Below are positions 59,749 through 64,000 of a stretch of DNA of 64,000 bases, in pieces (the stretch's first letter is position 1; each line of letters starts with the position of its first letter). The notes under the pieces were generated by a model. The model worked only from the letters and a program-made list of their open reading frames with translations. It was not told where the DNA came from and ran no database searches. Origin of the DNA: an uncultured Candidatus Rokubacteria bacterium (GTDB lineage Bacteria > Methylomirabilota > Methylomirabilia > Rokubacteriales > CSP1-6); assembly GCA_963747235.1 (NCBI GenBank), contig CAVVEU010000024.1, positions 384,001 through 448,000 on the forward strand. Direction: 5' to 3'. The translations under genes and the position numbers were made by a program.

Positions 59749-59778
59749 TTGACGATTCCGGCGGCCCCCGTGTCCAAT
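59749..59778 (+). promoter_or_regulatory. sigma70-type promoter of the MBOAT gene (likely leaderless)
   Basis: TTGACG-18 nt-TCCAAT, 7 nt before the GTG at 59786 that yields MLFSSLEF. Confidence 0.55.
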
Positions 59779-59785
59779 GAGGGCC

Positions 59786-61186
59786 GTGCTGTTCAGCTCG
59801 CTGGAGTTCCTGTTGCTCTTTCTCCCGCTGACGCTCGCGGTCGCGCTGCGTCTGCACGGCCAGCCGCTGCTCCGCTGGATCGCCCTCACGAGCGTGATCT
59901 TCTACGCGTTCGCCGGCCACTGGTGGTTCATCGTCCCGATGCTGGTCACCACGGTGGTGGACTACGGGGTGGCGATCGCGATCGAGCGGGCCCGGGGTCC
60001 GCGGGTGCGCGCGTGGCTCCTCGTGGTCTCCCTTGCCGGCAACCTGGGCATGCTCGCGTACTTCAAGTACTCGGGGCTGATGGTCCACACCGTCGAGCAG
60101 GGCCTCGTGCTCGTGGGCGCGGAGGACCGGGCGGGCTTCTTCCGCTGGTTCGAGGTGATCCTGCCCGCCGGGATCAGCTTCTACACGTTCCAGACGCTGT
60201 CCTACATCATCGACGTGTGGCGGGGCCAGGCCCCGGCCGAGCGCAACTTCGTCCGGTTCGCCGGCTTCGTGAGCTTCTTTCCGCACCTGATCGCGGGGCC
60301 GCTCACGCGCCACCACCAGCTGATCCCGCAGCTCACGCGAATCGCGACGACCGGGATCACCCCGCGATGGCGCGACGGACTGCTGCTCTTCGGCGTGGGC
60401 CTCTGCAAGAAGGTGCTGATCGCGGACCGGCTGGGCAACCTCATCGACCCGCGGCTCGGGAACCCGGCGGAGCTGGATCTGGTGGGGGCGTGGCTGGTGC
60501 TCCTGGGCTACGCGTTCCAGATCTATTTCGACTTCAGCGGGTATTCGGACATGGCCATCGGTCTCGGGCGCCTGTTCGGGATCGAGCTGCCCCAGAACTT
60601 CAACAGCCCGTACAAGGCCACGTCTCCCAGCGACTTCTGGCGACGCTGGCACATGACCCTGTCGTTCTGGCTCCGCGACTATCTCTACATCTCGCTCGGC
60701 GGCAACCGGTGCACGCCCGCGCGCCGGCGGTTCAACCTGATGGCCACCATGGTGCTCGGCGGCCTCTGGCACGGGGCCAACTGGACGTTCGCGGCCTGGG
60801 GCGCGTGGCACGGCGCGCTCCTCGTGTTGCATCAGTCATGGCCCACCTGGGACCGGGCCGTGAGTCTGTTCTGGCAGCGCAACGTGACATTCCTGCTGGT
60901 CACCCTCGGCTGGGTCTTTTTCCGGTCTCCGGATTTCGCTCACGTCGCGCGATGGTTCTCGGGGCTCGCGGGCATGCACGGGATCGGGACGATCTCGACG
61001 CCGGAGACGCTCGCCCTGCTCGGCCTGGTCGCGGTCTGCACGGCCATCGTGCGGCTCTGTCCGAACAGCCTCGAGCTGCCCCTCGATCGCCTGGGCGCGC
61101 TGCCGCAAGCGGGCCTGGGAGCCGCGTGCGCGGCGGCGGTCGTGCTGATGAACTACGGCTCCAAGTTCCTCTACTTCCAGTTCTAG
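59786..61186 (+). CDS. MBOAT O-acyltransferase, AlgI/DltB/PatA-like
   Basis: LPAGISFYTFQ, FFPHLIAGP, QIYFDFSGYSDMA, FWRRWHMTLS, GLWHGA. Confidence 0.93.
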   Translation: MLFSSLEFLLLFLPLTLAVALRLHGQPLLRWIALTSVIFYAFAGHWWFIVPMLVTTVVDYGVAIAIERARGPRVRAWLLVVSLAGNLGMLAYFKYSGLMVHTVEQGLVLVGAEDRAGFFRWFEVILPAGISFYTFQTLSYIIDVWRGQAPAERNFVRFAGFVSFFPHLIAGPLTRHHQLIPQLTRIATTGITPRWRDGLLLFGVGLCKKVLIADRLGNLIDPRLGNPAELDLVGAWLVLLGYAFQIYFDFSGYSDMAIGLGRLFGIELPQNFNSPYKATSPSDFWRRWHMTLSFWLRDYLYISLGGNRCTPARRRFNLMATMVLGGLWHGANWTFAAWGAWHGALLVLHQSWPTWDRAVSLFWQRNVTFLLVTLGWVFFRSPDFAHVARWFSGLAGMHGIGTISTPETLALLGLVAVCTAIVRLCPNSLELPLDRLGALPQAGLGAACAAAVVLMNYGSKFLYFQF

Positions 61187-61189
61187 TCC

Positions 61190-62330
61190 ATGCGCATCTT
61201 CGCGGCGACGCTGGCGGCTCTGCTCGGGGTGGTCGTGCTGATCAATGGGCTCGCCGCGTGGGACCAGCAGCGGCATGAGCGTCGTCTCCGCGCCGCCTCG
61301 GCCTCCTTCCAGCCCGGGCGCGTCATGCTGGTGGAGCGCGACATGGACGAGCGGCGATTTCAGAAGGCGCGCATCGCGGCGATCCCGCGCCCGCGTGTCG
61401 TCGCGATCGGATCGAGCCGCGTCATGCAGCTCTCCACCCCCGGCCTCGGCCTCCGCCCGGGGGAGTTCTACAACGCCGGCATCCCGGCGCCCACCGTCGA
61501 GGACTACATCGCGGTGTGGTGGTGGCTGAAGCGATACGGGAAGATCCCGGACGTCGCCGTCTTCTCGGTCGACGTGTGGGCCTTCCACCGGTATCAGTCG
61601 CAGGTCCACGTGGCGGTGGTCGCCGACGAGGTGACGCGGTTCCTGGAGGGCGCGGGAGTGGGCCGCGGGGTGTTCTGGCGTCCCGCCCAGGAAGTCGTCT
61701 ACTGGTGGTATCGCGCGAAGGAGTTCTTCTCCTACACGGTGCTCAGGCGGTCGCTCCGGGACCTCGAGCGGATGCGGATCGGGAGGGCGCCGCGCGGCGC
61801 CGACGTCTTCCAGATCTTCGTGCCGGAGGCGGAGATGGCGGGACGGTCGGCCCGCCGTGCCGACGGCAGCATGGTGAACGACGGCCCGTCGCCGAACGAG
61901 CCGCCCGCCGACGTCGGCCCCGCCGCGGTCCGCTTCGTCCTGCCCGGCACCACGGATCTCGGCGGATTCCAGTGGGATGCCGAGCGCGCGGCGCGCCTCG
62001 AGCTGCTATGGCGCGACATGACCGCGGCGGGCGTCAAGATCGTGGCCTACATGCCGCCCTACTGCGCCGTCCGCGTGGGCGGTGGCCCGCCGGGTCCCCG
62101 GATACTTCGCGACCGAGACGCCGACCGAGGCCTTTCTCCGGCCGGGTCGCCGCGGAGCTCGGCGTTCAGTTCACGAATGCCTCGAACCCGGCGACGATTC
62201 CGTGTGACGAGGCGGAGTTTCTGGACGTGTTCCACCCGAAGGAGGTGTGCCTGGCGCGGCTTGCTCCGTCCGCGGATCTCCGGGCTCGCGTCAGCGCTTC
62301 CGGGCCACCGTGGGTTCCAGGTGAGCGCCG
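61190..62330 (+). CDS. SGNH-like periplasmic acyltransferase partner (AlgJ/DltD/DUF1574-like; indels, end approximate)
   Basis: TM anchor; IGSSR block I, FYNAG, YMPPY, C-terminal DVFH (DxxH). Confidence 0.65.
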
Positions 62331-62388
62331 TCGGTCGCCACCCGGCCCTGGACGATGTCGAAGCGGCTCAGGATGAGCCTATTCATCG

Positions 62389-64000
62389 ATGGGAATGCCC
62401 CGTCTGCAAGACCTGGGCATGCGTCCGCTCTATCCCATCCGAGCTGGGGCGTCGTTCCATTCCTGCCGACCATGGCGGCATGGCACTGGAACCATGTGGT
62501 TCACGTGCTCATCAAGGTGGCCGGGCTCGTGTCGTTGTGGAGCGCTGGGCTGGCCATTCTGGGTCGCGGTTGTGTCGGCCGGCGCCATGCTCGCGGAGGG
62601 CTCGCTGGTGCAATTCACCGATACCACGATGCTCCTGTCGGCCGCCTGGCTCCCCCTGGAGCTCTGGTTACGCTGAAGGCCGCTCGGCAGGCAGGCTTCT
62701 CTGGACGGGACGCCTCATGGGCGTCGGCTCTCGCCCTGCGAATCCTCTGCTTTCACCCCCAGTACGGGGCGTATGACTAGGTGCTGATCGGGCTGTTCAC
62801 ACTTCGAGTGGAGTGGGGGGAGCGTGCGCCAACTGTTCCCGCTTGGCACTGCGCTACAGTGGGGCCTCCTTGCGGCCCGCCGGCGCGGCGCCGCTTCCGG
62901 GCTACGCGCACTACCTGGAATCGGGCGCCGGCATATCGCGGAGTTTGACGACTGGCACTTTCGCCGGGCCTATCTCTGGTGGAACTACGGACTCCGGTGG
63001 TCGGACTTCCTGACGTCCGCGTTTCTTCCGTACGGCCTGTGGCTGGCCATCGCAGCCGCAGCGTTCCTGGGACGTCTGCGGGGTACGGTGCTCTGGCCGG
63101 TCTTCGGAGCATATGCGGTCTTCGGGCTCTTCCATGCTGTGCCCTGGCTTGCCGTCCCGATGTGGCTCACCCGGATGGCATTGTTTCCGTTCCGGATTCC
63201 GCAGCGGGTCTTCGAGCCGTTCATGTGGCTCGGTATCCTTCTGCTGGCCGAGCTGGCGACCAGGGAGTCGCGCCCGGCGCGACGACAGATCCTCGTCGGG
63301 CTGCTCATCGCGGGGTTCGGGTTCTGCGCGTGGCAAACCAACTTCGATCCGCGCACGTCATACGTCGGCGTGCCCTGGAACCGCGCGCTTCCGGAGCGCT
63401 TGGCCGGGCTGGTCCGTTCGGAGCCTGCAACCCATGCCCTGTTCGTAACCGGGTCCCCCGTCGATGACGATCGAGGGCCCCTCCTGAACTCCAACCACGC
63501 CGATTTCCTGCGGATCCCAGCCGCCCACTTCACCGGGCAGCTTCCCGCCTATCACTTCAACCGGATGGCATATCGTCTGCCGGGATTCCTGCTGCTGCCG
63601 CGAGGCGCCACGCCGCTCCAGGAGTGGGACGCGGTGATCGACGTCTATGCGGAGCTCGGTATCGGCTGGGTGTTCTGGGATGGCAAGGGGGATCCGGTCC
63701 ATCCACGCCTTGAGTTTGTGGACGAGGAGCACGGGTTCCGCCTTTTCCGCATCCAGGGTGCGCGGCCGATGGTCCACACGCTCGAGACCGTGCGAACCGT
63801 GGCGCCACCGGCCCGGCCCGCTGGCGTCACCAAACTGATCTTCTCGACACCGGCTCTCGGTGCCTTCTGCTACGGATGCCCCGGGTCTAAGCGGTGGAGT
63901 CGGCCGGAGGAGGTGACGCTGGGGGTGGATTGGCGGGCGGGAGACGTCATGGTGGAGACCGAATCTCCGAACGAAGTTTTCCTTGTGCTCAATGAGAACC
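62389..64000 (+). CDS. YfhO-like polytopic membrane (GT-C-type) protein, degraded at the 5' end, running off the window
   Basis: Fragments GMP...LYP, AAWLP, HPQYGAY, FRIPQR, ending VFLVLNE; more A/T-ending codons than the rest of the window. Confidence 0.55.

Overview
This is a GC-rich bacterial chromosomal segment with no rRNA, tRNA, CRISPR array, transposase or phage genes that I can see. The gene content and style (many branched-chain and peptide-type ABC systems, hydantoinases, amidohydrolases, PAC2, DUF1054, MlrC) suggest Ca. Rokubacteria/Methylomirabilota, but that is an inference. Many genes are broken by single-base indels that look like uncorrected long-read errors, so I merged the fragments and the coordinates are approximate. 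Main content: (i) a proteostasis block (degQ/htrA, ftsH, PAC2), (ii) a coupled Zn-ribbon / squalene synthase-like / PhzF / hydantoinase A-B operon, (iii) a putative sigma54-driven stress island (DUF748, CsaB-like, FAD oxidoreductase, CsbD), (iv) two Liv-type and three Dpp-type ABC clusters, (v) a solo Cas4-like nuclease, (vi) a ParB-like / PCD / SDR / disulfide reductase / M16 operon, and (vii) a desaturase, an MBOAT-SGNH pair and a YfhO-like envelope gene. The most striking signal is a 73-bp hairpin repeat family at 46.7-47.7 kb. One copy sits inside a methyltransferase gene, probably in frame, and the flanking coding DNA shows a strong strand-specific excess of T-ending codons, as expected from localized C-to-T mutation. 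Other observations are a second REP-like family, a shared unnamed lipoprotein domain and widespread leaderless promoter architecture.
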